NCBI RefSeq assembly: GCF_024521635.1
Contig: NW_026250415.1
Coordinates: 186,001 to 250,000 of the forward strand
Reading direction: 5' to 3'
From: Tricharina praecox
Taxonomy: Eukaryota
DNA: 64,000 nt
The translations under genes and the position numbers were made by a program. This document shows, in pieces, positions 11,470 to 21,742 of this stretch (positions within the stretch are counted from its first letter, which is position 1; every line of letters begins with the position of its first letter). The notes beneath the pieces are model-generated. The model saw only the letters and a program-made list of their open reading frames with translations, searched no databases and had not been told where the DNA came from.

Positions 11470-14400
11470 GTACCCAGGATAAGTCTTTGTCTCCTATGTC
11501 CCCTATTTTTCGTTTGTCTAGTCTTTCAGTGTCAGGAATGGTTGTGGAAGAATCATCAATGGAAGGAAAACATCTTGTTGTATTGTGTAACCTTTCGTTT
11601 GGTGACAAAACTATTGCCACGCATGCGCTGATCGACTGTGGGGCAACCGGAATTGCATTTGTAGACAAAGACTTCGCCCGCCATCACCACCTACCCCTCG
11701 TACCCCTGAAATCCCCGCGAAGTCTCGAAGTCATCGATGGCCGTCCCATCGAGTCAGGCGACATCACACATGTTGCCACCACCACCCTGTCCATACAGGA
11801 ACACCACGAGGAAATCCCTATGTTTGTCACCAAACTAGGCCACTACCCCGTTGTACTCGGAATCCCCTGGATGGACCTCCACGATGTGGCCATCCGGTTC
11901 AGCTCCCGAACCCTCACCTTCGGCTCCCAATACTGCACAGCCAACTGCAATGCGGTGCCCACAGTTGCACATGGAATCACCACCGACCCACCTGACGTAT
12001 CCACCTATGCTCTCGCGTCAAAAGCAGCTCAGCAAGAGCCAGCGGTAAGCGCGGGGGCCGGCGACATCGTGGCCCGCTACATTACGTCTCCCCCAAGGAA
12101 GAATCACCAAGAATGCACTAACCTTTCAAGGGAAAGCACAGTCAGAATCTCAGCCTTACAGATGGAGTCATTCCAAGAACTGGTCAACAAGGAAAGCCTC
12201 ACGATTTTCAACACCACGCTTGCCGAGGTCAACGGCGCACTGGAAGGAAACAAGGACCCCACGGCACATATCCCTCACGAATACCACGAGTTCCTACCGC
12301 TATTCTCTGAAGCCCTTGCCCAGAACCTGCCCCCGCACCGACACTACGACCATAAGATTCCACTCAAGGAGGGATTTACGCCCCCATACGGACCCCTGTA
12401 CTCACTTTCGAAAACGGAGCTTGTCGCACTGAAGGAATGGCTTGACGACAACCTCCGCAAAGGTTTCATCCGTGCCTCTTCCTCTCCAGCAGCATCGCCA
12501 ATCCTGTTTGTCAAGAAATCGGACGGCTCCCTACGCCTGTGTGTGGATTACAGGGGCCTGAACGAAGGAACAATCAAGAACAGGTACCCACTCCCACTCC
12601 TCCAAGAAACTCTGATGCGGCTATCCGGGGCAAAATACTTCACTACCCTGGATATCCGTGGTGCCTACAACCTTGTGCGGATGGCGGAAGGAGAAGAGTG
12701 GAAAACTGCCTTCCGGACACGCTATGGGCTCTTCGAATCCCTCGTCATGCCCTTCGGCCTCACCAACGCCCCTGCCGACTTCCAAGCTCTGATCAATGAT
12801 GTGCTACGCCCGTTCCTCGACGACTTCTGTACCGCATTCATCGACGACGTCTTCATTTACAGCGGATCCTTAGATGAACACCGGAAACATGTCAGGAAAG
12901 TACTTCAGGCCTTATCAGCAGCCGGTCTGCATCTCAAACCCGAAAAATGTCATTTCCACCAGACGGAAGTCAAGTATTTGGGACTGATCATTACAACAAA
13001 CGGGATCAAGATGGACCCATCGAAAGTCTCCTGCATACTGGAATGGGAGGAGCCGAGTACCGTCACCGATGTGCAATGCTTTCTGGGATTTGCGAACTTC
13101 TACCGGCGATTCATCCAAGACTATTCCAAGGTGGTATCCCCATTGACAGCATTGACCAAGAAGGAGGATGGAAAGTATGTTCCCTTCGTGTGGGGACCGG
13201 AACAGCAGAAAGCATTCGACGAACTAAAAACAGCATTCACCTCGGCCCCGATCCTCCGGCACTTCGACTACGATCGGGAGATAGTAGTGGAAACTGACGC
13301 CTCCGACTACGTCTCTGCCGGAGTCCTATCTCAGTACGACGACGAGGGAATCCTGCACCCAGTGGCATTCTATTCCAAGAAACACTCCCCGGCAGAATGC
13401 AACTACGAGATCTATGACAAAGAACTCCTTGCAATCATCCGCGCCTTTGAGGAGTGGAGACCACACCTGGAGGGCGCTCCTCACCCCATCCAAGTCCTAA
13501 GCGACCACAAGAATCTGGAGTATTTCATGACAACGAAACTACTCAACCGACGACAAGCGCGATGGTCAGAGTTCCTTTCCCGTTTCCATTTCAAGATTGT
13601 CTACCGACCAGGCAAAGCGGGAGGAAAACCGGATGCACTGACCAGGAGGTCAGGAGACCTCCCTAAAGAAGGGGATGAAAGACTGCTTGCCAACCAGCAG
13701 GCAGTCCTGAAACCGGATAACCTACCGGAAGAGCTCCGGTTGGCAGCAACCAACACACCCGAACAAGACCGTCCCCTCCTCACGTCACTGATAACAGAAG
13801 GCTACGACATAGACCCCGTCCCAAATCGAATCCTCGAGCTACTCCGAAATGGTACACGCCACTCGAAGGAGATCTCTTTGGCCGAATGCCGTGAAGTCAA
13901 CGGGCGACTGATCTACCGAGACTGCCTCTATGTTCCAGAGTACGACCGACTCCGACTACGACTGATCCAGGACCACCACGACCCACCGACCATGGGGCAC
14001 CCAGGGCGCGCAAAAACCCTGGAACTACTTGCTCGAAGGTACTACTGGCCACAGATGCGAAAGGACGTTGACCAGTTTGTCCGAAACTGCCACACCTGCC
14101 GACGAACCAAGGCCACCCGGCACGCACCCTATGGTGTCCTGCGCCCCCTCCCAGTACCCGAGAAGCCATGGCAACACATCTCAGTCGACTTTGTCACTGG
14201 CTTACCGGCCTCAAAGGGGTTTGACGCCATCTGTGTTTTTGTTGACCGACTGACCAAGCAACGCCATCTCCTACCATGTACCACGACCATCACCTCGGAA
14301 GGACTGGCCGAGCTGTTCTGCGACCGGATCTTCAGGTACCACGGGTTGCCAGAAACCATCGTCTCGGATAGGGGTCCCCAGTTTGCCTCGAGATTCTGGA

Positions 14401-15425
14401 AACACCTATGCTCATGCCTCAAGATCGAGCCACGCCTGTCAACTGCCTTCCACCCCCAGACCGACGGCCAAACCGAACGGATGAACGCCGTCATGGAACA
14501 GCACCTCCGTGCGTACGTCAGCTACCTCCAGGATGACTGGGTCGACTACCTCTTCTTGGCCGAATTCGCCGGCAACAACCAGGTCTCCGACACGACTACC
14601 CTGTCCCCATTCTTCGCTAACCTAGGATACCACCCACGGTGTGACTTTGAGCTGGATATCCGTGTCGACACCAAGGAGGAACATCAAGCTCAGAGTGCAG
14701 CGGAACGGTTGCATCAAATCCACGACGTCGCCCGCAGCCAAATGCGGTATGCCCAGGCACGGCAACAGGACGACTCCGACCGACACCGAACCCCTGCGCC
14801 AGCCTTCCAACCAGGCGACATGGTATGGGTGGATGGTCGGAACTGGCGCACCGAGAGACCCAGTCGCAAGCTGGAAAACAAACACCATGGTCCCTACCGT
14901 GTGATTCGGATAATCGGAACCCACGCCTACGAATTGGACATCCCGGACACCGTTCAGAAGCACCGAACATTTCCTGTATCCCTCCTTCATGCCTCCGCTG
15001 ACGATCCCTTCCCTGGACAAATTCCACCGCCACCACTTCCGGTAATCGTGGACGACCAAGAAGAATGGGAGGTTGAAGAGGTCCTCGACAGCCGGAACCT
15101 CAGGGGCAAACTCCAGTACCTGGTGAAATGGAGAGGCTACGCGGCACCAACATGGGAACCAGAGGAGAACCTTACCGAGGTACAAGCTGTGGACGACTTC
15201 CATCGACGATACCCCATGCAGCCTGGACCAGTCGAACTTGCTCTCGTGGGAACTCGAGCCTTAGGAGGGACTACTGTCACGGCTCGCGATGGAATGACGA
15301 AGGGAGGGTCGGCACAAGGATCGGGAGAGTTGGGGGGCAGTGCAGAGGCAGTGCACCGGCAGTGCAAGGATGAGTCGCAGAGGATTTCGGGCTGTGTGCA
15401 GGGAGCAGGGATAGCGCAGCAATGA
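11424..15425 (+). CDS. pol: B1 Pol (protease, RT, RNase H, integrase, chromodomain), entered by -1 frameshift
   Basis: [40 protein letters not shown] zinc finger, VDFV/SDRG/QTDGQTER integrase core, GPYRV, YLVKWRGY chromodomain; uninterrupted ORF. Confidence 0.97.
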   Translation, partial: GKSLDQQPLDGTVVGRTQDKSLSPMSPIFRLSSLSVSGMVVEESSMEGKHLVVLCNLSFGDKTIATHALIDCGATGIAFVDKDFARHHHLPLVPLKSPRSLEVIDGRPIESGDITHVATTTLSIQEHHEEIPMFVTKLGHYPVVLGIPWMDLHDVAIRFSSRTLTFGSQYCTANCNAVPTVAHGITTDPPDVSTYALASKAAQQEPAVSAGAGDIVARYITSPPRKNHQECTNLSRESTVRISALQMESFQELVNKESLTIFNTTLAEVNGALEGNKDPTAHIPHEYHEFLPLFSEALAQNLPPHRHYDHKIPLKEGFTPPYGPLYSLSKTELVALKEWLDDNLRKGFIRASSSPAASPILFVKKSDGSLRLCVDYRGLNEGTIKNRYPLPLLQETLMRLSGAKYFTTLDIRGAYNLVRMAEGEEWKTAFRTRYGLFESLVMPFGLTNAPADFQALINDVLRPFLDDFCTAFIDDVFIYSGSLDEHRKHVRKVLQALSAAGLHLKPEKCHFHQTEVKYLGLIITTNGIKMDPSKVSCILEWEEPSTVTDVQCFLGFANFYRRFIQDYSKVVSPLTALTKKEDGKYVPFVWGPEQQKAFDELKTAFTSAPILRHFDYDREIVVETDASDYVSAGVLSQYDDEGILHPVAFYSKKHSPAECNYEIYDKELLAIIRAFEEWRPHLEGAPHPIQVLSDHKNLEYFMTTKLLNRRQARWSEFLSRFHFKIVYRPGKAGGKPDALTRRSGDLPKEGDERLLANQQAVLKPDNLPEELRLAATNTPEQDRPLLTSLITEGYDIDPVPNRILELLRNGTRHSKEISLAECREVNGRLIYRDCLYVPEYDRLRLRLIQDHHDPPTMGHPGRAKTLELLARRYYWPQMRKDVDQFVRNCHTCRRTKATRHAPYGVLRPLPVPEKPWQHISVDFVTGLPASKGFDAICVFVDRLTKQRHLLPCTTTITSEGLAELFCDRIFRYHGLPETIVSDRGPQFASRFWKHLCSCLKIEPRLSTAFHPQTDGQTERMNAVMEQHLRAYVSYLQDDWVDYLFLAEFAGNNQVSDTTTLSPFFANLGYHPRCDFELDIRVDTKEEHQAQSAAERLHQIHDVARSQMRYAQARQQDDSDRHRTPAPAFQPGDMVWVDGRNWRTERPSRKLENKHHGPYRVIRIIGTHAYELDIPDTVQKHRTFPVSLLHASADDPFPGQIPPPPLPVIVDDQEEWEVEEVLDSRNLRGKLQYLVKWRGYAAPTWEPEENLTEVQAVDDFHRRYPMQPGPVELALVGTRALGGTTVTARDGMTKGGSAQGSGELGGSAEAVHRQCKDESQRISGCVQGAGIAQQ

Positions 15426-15897
15426 GTCGCAGGAGATTGGGGCTGTGTGCAGGAAACAGGGGTAGTGCGGCTGCGCAGGGTATGAGTCACGGAAGTGGGG
15501 TACTGGCAAGGTGGATTTCTCAGGGTCTGGCACACGCCCACGGTCATTGTCAGGTTGCGGGAAGAAGTGGAGGATTTTCTATATAAACGGGCCGTTGCCC
15601 CTCTGTATTTAGTTCTTCACGCAACAACGTGTTAATTCAACCACTGTTACCTCTGTCCTTGCCTCGGCTGCCGTCTGCGCCGTAGTCCTTGTCCCTGCCT
15701 CTGTTCTCAGTTGCCGTCTGCACTGAGCCCTGCCTCACCTTGTTCCCCGAACCCGTCTCGCCTCTACCGAACCCAGAACCCGTTCCCCAGCCCGACTTCG
15801 CTACCTGGAGCCTTGCCCGACCGTGCCGTTACACTTTTATTCTATCCTCGATATCACCATAGACTCCGACGGCACCAACCCGTCCCAGTCTCACACT

Positions 15898-15909
15898 ATA
15901 ATCTTAAGG
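15898..15909 (+). promoter_or_regulatory. Self-priming PBS of family A (also follows the 5' LTRs ending at 36570 and 54777 and, on the minus strand, at 33469)
   Basis: ATAATCTTAAGG is the reverse complement of CCTTAAGATTAT in the LTR (9598-9609). Confidence 0.8.
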
Positions 15910-15933
15910 TTACAGTCACCGGTTTCTATCGAT

Positions 15934-17937
15934 ATGTCCTCCTCAAACCTCGACATGCTCCGCCTCGAACTTCCTCAGACCCTGAGCAAGGCGCTCGTTA
16001 GCATCCCGCAAGCATCTGAAACCGTCGAAGTACGAAACCCGGCAGCCTGGCTCAGGCTGATGAACCACCAATACCAAACGGCACAAAGAGACCTGCGCCA
16101 GCTTTACCAAGCATGCGATCAGAAGTTCAACGAAGAGGACTCCCGAATGCAGGAAATCAGAAGGAACTACGAACAACTCTGCGATGGGGTCCAGTATGTG
16201 TACAACCTCTACGCTCACAATGCCGAAATGAATACAGAATGGCTTCGAACCGAGCTGTCAACGGTAGCGAACACGACGCACGCCCTGAGCAGCGACGTAT
16301 GGGCAGTCATTCGAGAACGTAACCAGAAAGACGAAGACAACCGCGAGTTGCAAAGCGTCGCAAACGCTCGGCTACAAGACGCCATCGTGTTCCTCGAAAC
16401 CGCGCAAGTGGAACAACGCAGGGAGCAAGCGGTGTATAACCGCTACGTGGAAATATGGGCGGGGAAACAGGAAGAGAAGGCAGAATACCTCTACAAAGAG
16501 CAACAGCGAATCAAAGAAAAAATCGCTCGAGCGGAGAAAAAATTGAAGGCTGTAGAGGTAAGGACAGGGAAGGCGAAGGAAAAGGCCCCGGAGTGGGTAA
16601 ACACTACCCCAAGAGGAGGATCGCGGGCAGAAAGGTCAGCAACAAGGGAAACTCCGGCAGGTGCAGGAATGTCCCCTCCTCCTCCACCCCCAAGACGTCC
16701 GGTGACTAACCTTGGAGGTGATCCCTCGGATGAGGAACCATCGGATGATGACGATTCCATCCCCTTGCCACGTCGTTCGCCGCCCCGTCACCGACACGCT
16801 CCGCTACCAAGAGAAGACGACGAAGACGAAGAGAGTCGCTTCGCTCGGATCATCGCTGCTGCCGTCTCCGCATCGAACCCGAGGGCCATCAAGCTTAAAA
16901 TGAAAGAGCCCAAGCCGTTCGATGGCAAGCAAAGAACAGTCTTCCGTCCATGGTGGGACTCAGTTGAAGAATATCTTGGGTTCCACCCAGAGACAAACGA
17001 GCAGCAGAAGATAGTGTGGGTCGGATCCCGGCTGGAAGGGACAGCGGCAGAATGGCATCAGGCCCGTCGAAAAAGCCTGAGGCAGCTACACTTGGAAGAT
17101 ACCTGGCAGGCGTACCAAGAGGCACTCAAGGAGGCGTACCGCGACACGCAGGAAGGAGCGAACGCATTAAGAAGGATGTGGGCCCTCGAATACAAAGGAG
17201 ACATTCAGGCTTACATGACCCCCTTCCGATCGCTCAAGATGATCGCTCACGCCACCGGCGAACCGCTACAAGACATAGTCAACCAGGCCATGACTACCGA
17301 CATTGTCGATATGTGCTTCAACCAGCACACCGAACCCTACGAAGACGATGAAGACTTTCTGGAAACGGTGCTCAGGGCTGGCAACCATGTGGAACGACGG
17401 GACGCGCTGAAGAAGGCAAGGGCAATGAGGAAAGGGGGATCGGGTAGCCAGGGTTCCGGCGGCGACCGGAAGGGACCTGGCAACGGCCGGCAGGGCCAAG
17501 GAAAGGGCAGAGACCCCGGGGGCCGCAAGGAAAGCGGGGAGTCCCCGCAGGGCCGAAAGGCCAAGGAAGGAACAGGAGTCAGGAACGGAAGGACAAGGGA
17601 AGGGGACATCTACGCAGGAGCAAAGGAGGCTCTGGTAGGGGTTCCCCAGAAGGAGATCGATGCCCACAAAGCATCCAAGTGCGACTGTTGGCGTTGCGGA
17701 CGAGACGGCCACCGAACCTTCCAATGCTACGCCAGAAAAACAGTCGCGGGTACCGAACTCCCCGAAAGTCCAAAGGTGTCATCCGTGACAAAGAGAAAGC
17801 GGGACACCCAGGATGCCGAACCCACTCGACCGAGGTCCAAGCAACACAAGGCTGCGGCGGTTGTGGTGGAGGATGAAGCAATGACGGAGGCGCCTCCATT
17901 CTGGGAAGGGAATGAGAGTGAGCCGGAGGATTTTTGA
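15934..17937 (+). CDS. gag: A1 Gag (667 aa), open
   Basis: Coiled-coil-like N-terminus, Pro-rich linker, KMKEPKPFDG capsid motif, zinc knuckle CWRCGRDGHRTFQC. Confidence 0.92.
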   Translation: MSSSNLDMLRLELPQTLSKALVSIPQASETVEVRNPAAWLRLMNHQYQTAQRDLRQLYQACDQKFNEEDSRMQEIRRNYEQLCDGVQYVYNLYAHNAEMNTEWLRTELSTVANTTHALSSDVWAVIRERNQKDEDNRELQSVANARLQDAIVFLETAQVEQRREQAVYNRYVEIWAGKQEEKAEYLYKEQQRIKEKIARAEKKLKAVEVRTGKAKEKAPEWVNTTPRGGSRAERSATRETPAGAGMSPPPPPPRRPVTNLGGDPSDEEPSDDDDSIPLPRRSPPRHRHAPLPREDDEDEESRFARIIAAAVSASNPRAIKLKMKEPKPFDGKQRTVFRPWWDSVEEYLGFHPETNEQQKIVWVGSRLEGTAAEWHQARRKSLRQLHLEDTWQAYQEALKEAYRDTQEGANALRRMWALEYKGDIQAYMTPFRSLKMIAHATGEPLQDIVNQAMTTDIVDMCFNQHTEPYEDDEDFLETVLRAGNHVERRDALKKARAMRKGGSGSQGSGGDRKGPGNGRQGQGKGRDPGGRKESGESPQGRKAKEGTGVRNGRTREGDIYAGAKEALVGVPQKEIDAHKASKCDCWRCGRDGHRTFQCYARKTVAGTELPESPKVSSVTKRKRDTQDAEPTRPRSKQHKAAAVVVEDEAMTEAPPFWEGNESEPEDF

Positions 17938-17987
17938 GCGGCCCCAGCACTCCGCAGACTGGAGGGCCAGGTGTATATGTTTGCGGA
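17928..17987 (+). promoter_or_regulatory. -1 frameshift signal of family A: G_GAU_UUU plus predicted H-type pseudoknot
   Basis: Heptamer 17928-17934; stem 1 GGCCCCAG (17940-17947) with CTGG-nn-GGCC (17959-17968); stem 2 TCCGCA (17951-17956) with TGCGGA (17982-17987). Confidence 0.72.
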
Positions 17988-20900
17988 ACGAAGAGACCAC
18001 GGCCTCAGGATATCGACAGCGAATCCAGAGATAAGCGAAGACGGACGGACCGACCTATTTCTACGAGTCCAACCGCGCCGAGCGCCTCAGGGTGTGAGCC
18101 CCCAAAACCTGCCAGCAGACCACAACCAATCATAGAAATGATGCTCCTCTGGTCTGAGCACAAGCAACGACGGATCCGAGTACTCCTCGACACAGGATGT
18201 GCCATTCCGATCATCAAACGAAGCCTTGCACGAGAACTTGGGTTGCCCCTCATTCAACGACCTAAGCCGGTGGAAATCAAGGACTTCCACGGAACCATAG
18301 TGGAAGGAGCCGGGGAATATTATACAATGCCGATGCTCCTTCAACACCGGAGGCACTACACCAACGAAACCTTCGAAGTGGCTCCCTTGGACGACTGCGA
18401 TGCCTACCTCCCGTATTGGTGAGTGGCTAAGCATGAACCGACAGGGTTGTGGGAGAATGAAGCACAGAAAATTCGCTTCACCAGCACCCGATGCAAGGAA
18501 CAATGCACCTTGCAACAAGCAACCAGCTTTCCGATGGAACTTGACACGTCTGTCGTTCACAATTCGGAGGCTCGCATTATCGGATACGTCTCAGCTGGCC
18601 CGGAATCAGATCCACCCATAAATCTGCTTCCGGAGAAGTTCAGACGATATGCCAACATCATGAGCAAGGAAGCAGCTGATAAGCTTCCCGACCACAAGTC
18701 CTACAACCACGCAATCGATCTCAAGGAAGGAGAGACTCCTCCATGGGGTCCTATCTATGCGCTGTCAGAGAAAGAACTTGAGGCCCTCAGAGAGTGGCTC
18801 AAGGAGATGCTCCAGACAGGCAAGATTCGAAGATCCAAATCACCAGCCGGGGCGCCGATATTATTTGTACCAAAGGCGCACGGCAGGGGTCTCCGATTGT
18901 GTGTCGACTATCGCGGTATCAACAAGATTACCGTAGCCAATCGCTACCCACTCCCGATCATGGCAGAGTTGCAAGACCGAGTCAGGGGTGCGAAAGTCTT
19001 CACCAAGATTGATCTGAAGAATGGCTATCACCTTATCCGCATCAAAGAAGGTGACGAGTGGAAGACGGCTTTCCGCTGTCGATACGGACTGTTTGAGTTT
19101 TTGGTCATGCCGTTTGGGCTGACCAACGCTCCAGCGACGTTTCAGGACATGATTAACCACATATTTCGGGATATGTTGGACCTGGGACTGGTCGCGTACA
19201 TCGATGACCTCCTCATCTATGCGAAGACGCACGAGGAGCATGACAAGATAGTCATCGAGGTACTAAAAAGGTTGGAAGAAAATAAGTTGGCAATCCCACC
19301 AGAGAAGTGTGTCTGGTCGACAGGGAGAGTCGAGTTCCTAGGATACGTGATATCCCAAGATGGAATTGAGATGGCTAAGGACAAGGTGGAATCTGTGCTC
19401 TCATGGGAGGCGGCGCGGTCCCTGAAGGAAGTACAAGCCTTTCTTGGGTTCGCCAATTTTTACAGGCGCTTCATCAAGGATTTCTCAAAGATCACGAGAC
19501 CCTTGACCGAGAGCACAAAAGAAAAAGGGAAGGATTGGAGATGGACAGCGGAGATGGAACTGGCCTTCGAGGAGCTGAAGTCTAGGTTCACCACGGCACC
19601 GATTCTCGGGCACTTCAACCCAGAATTACCTGTCATGGTGGAATCCGACGCTTCGGACTTCGCGTTGGGCGCGGTCCTGTCTCAAAGGACAGAGGATGGG
19701 AAGTTACACCCAGTTGCGTTCCACTCAAGAAAGTTTACCCCTGCCGAAATCAACTTTGAGATTCACGATAAGGAACTACTCGCGATAGTAGACTCTTTCA
19801 AACGCTGGCGGCAATACCTTGAGGGAGGAAAACACCAGATCCAGGTGTACAGCGACCACCAGAACCTTGAGTACTTCACAACCACGAAAGTACTCAATCG
19901 ACGGCAGGCGAGATGGGCACAAGAACTCGCTGGCATCGACTTCAAAATCTACTACCGGCCCGGCAGCCAGAACGGCAAGCCTGACGCGTTATCCAGGCGC
20001 CCGGAGTACCGCCCTGAAAAAGGGGGGGGTGAAGATCAGCCGATTACGACGATCCTGCATAAATCACACTTTGCAGGCGACGATTCGAGAGTTTCATCAA
20101 TCAGCACCGGAGGCGAAAGCACCGTGTTCCTGATTTCGTCAACTCGGCTACAATCAATCCCCGTGCCAAAGTGGAATGAAGAATTTCTGGGTTGGGTCAG
20201 GAAGGCAGGAAAGGAAGATGCTGGGTATCAGGAGGCTCTGAGCAGCATCAAGGACACGAACGAGGACGCGGCTCAGAAGGACACTGAGTCGGAGGGCCGA
20301 AAGGCTGGGAACTGGCCGCCGAGAGTAGGGACTCCGGCAGGATGGGCCGAAAGGCCAGGATTTTGAGGATGGAAGAGGGGTGCCTGTATAGGAAAGAAAG
20401 GCTATGGGTACCAGACGATAAGGAACTCGTCAGACACATCCTCGAGTCGGAACACGATACGAAAGTCGCGGGGCATATGGGCCAGAACAAGACTATCGAA
20501 CTTATCCGACGCAATTTCTGGTGGCCAAAGATGGACGAGCAGATTATAGACTTCGTCCGGAGTTGCGCGCAGTGTCAGAAGGACAAAGCAACAAGGCACC
20601 AGCCGTATAGACTACTCAATCCCCTCGAGTTACCATACACCCCATGGCAATCAATAGCCATGGACTTCATTACCGACCTACCGGAATCCAACGGATGCGA
20701 CCAGCTATGGGTGGTCGTCGACCGCTTCACCAAGATGGCGCATTTCATCCCCCTACCTAAGGATGGAAAGATAGCCGAGGATCTCGCGAAGATTTTTGCC
20801 CGCGAGATATGGCGCTTTCACGGATTACCAGCAGACATAGTGTCGGACCGAGACTCACGGTTTACCTCGGGTACATGGAAAGAATTCATCCGGCTGCTAG

Positions 20901-21742
20901 GCATTAAGCCCCGGATGTCAACAGCGTTCCACCCACAGACGGATGGACAAACCGAACGCCTCAACCAGACGATCGAAGCATACCTCCGCTCCTTCGTCAA
21001 CTACGAACAGAACGATTGGGTGAATCTCCTACCGATGGCTGAGTTTGCCTACAACAACTCGGTTACATCGGCAACCGGAATGTCGCCCTTCTATGCGAAT
21101 TTCGGATACCACCCGTCGGCGACAAACCCTGCTGCGGCAAATTCTCTCAACCCCGCCAGCAAGGTCTACGCTCACTGGATGCATACAGTCCACGAGGAAA
21201 ACATCAAGACCCTCGAACGAACGCGCGAACGAATGCGCAAGTATGCAGATCAACATCGTCAGGAGGCACCGGCTTATCAAGTAGGAGACTTGGTAATGCT
21301 CAATGGGCGGAACATTCAAACCCGCCGACCCTCGCGGAAGTTGGACCACAAGAACCATGGTCCCTTCCAAATCGAGAAGATCGTATCGCCGCTCGCTGTC
21401 AAGCTCACTCTGCCAAGGAAGTGGAAGATTCATAATGTCTTTCACGTCTCGCTCGTTGAACCGTTCCGAGCCGGCACCCGAGCACCACCGGATCCCTCTC
21501 AAATCTTACGAGAGGCCGATGATGTGGAAGGCAACGAAGAATACGACGTCGATGAGGTTATGGGCAGCTCGAAGAAAGGTCGACGAGTGCTCTACCTCGT
21601 CAAATGGCTCAACTACCCCGAACGACGGGACTGGACGAACGAGCCATTCGACAACTTCTCAGTAGGCGGTCGGGAAAAGCTACGCGAGTTTCATCGCAAA
21701 AATCCCGATGCGCCGAGGGACTACCGGCTCACAGATGAGTAA
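17934..21742 (+). pseudogene. pol: A1 Pol, disrupted by TGA at 18420-18422 and a 1-bp deletion near 20305
   Basis: LLDTGC, YIDD, ESDASD, integrase core and chromodomain YLVKWLNY are split over three ORFs. Confidence 0.93.

Larger units (their letters stand above)
9642..15833 (+). mobile_element. Ty3/gypsy chromovirus family B, intact full-length copy B1 nested in the 5' LTR of A1
   Basis: 559-bp LTRs at 9642-10200 and 15275-15833 with only one difference seen; perfect TSD CTTTT (9637-9641 and 15834-15838); open gag and pol; purine-rich tract AGGAGGGA just before the 3' LTR. Confidence 0.97.

Noticed and set aside
11100-18085. PTAP late-domain-like motifs in B1 Gag and the A transframe peptide
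   Set aside because: Short motifs in Pro/Thr-rich disordered regions, not retained in B' or C; no env-like ORF in any element.
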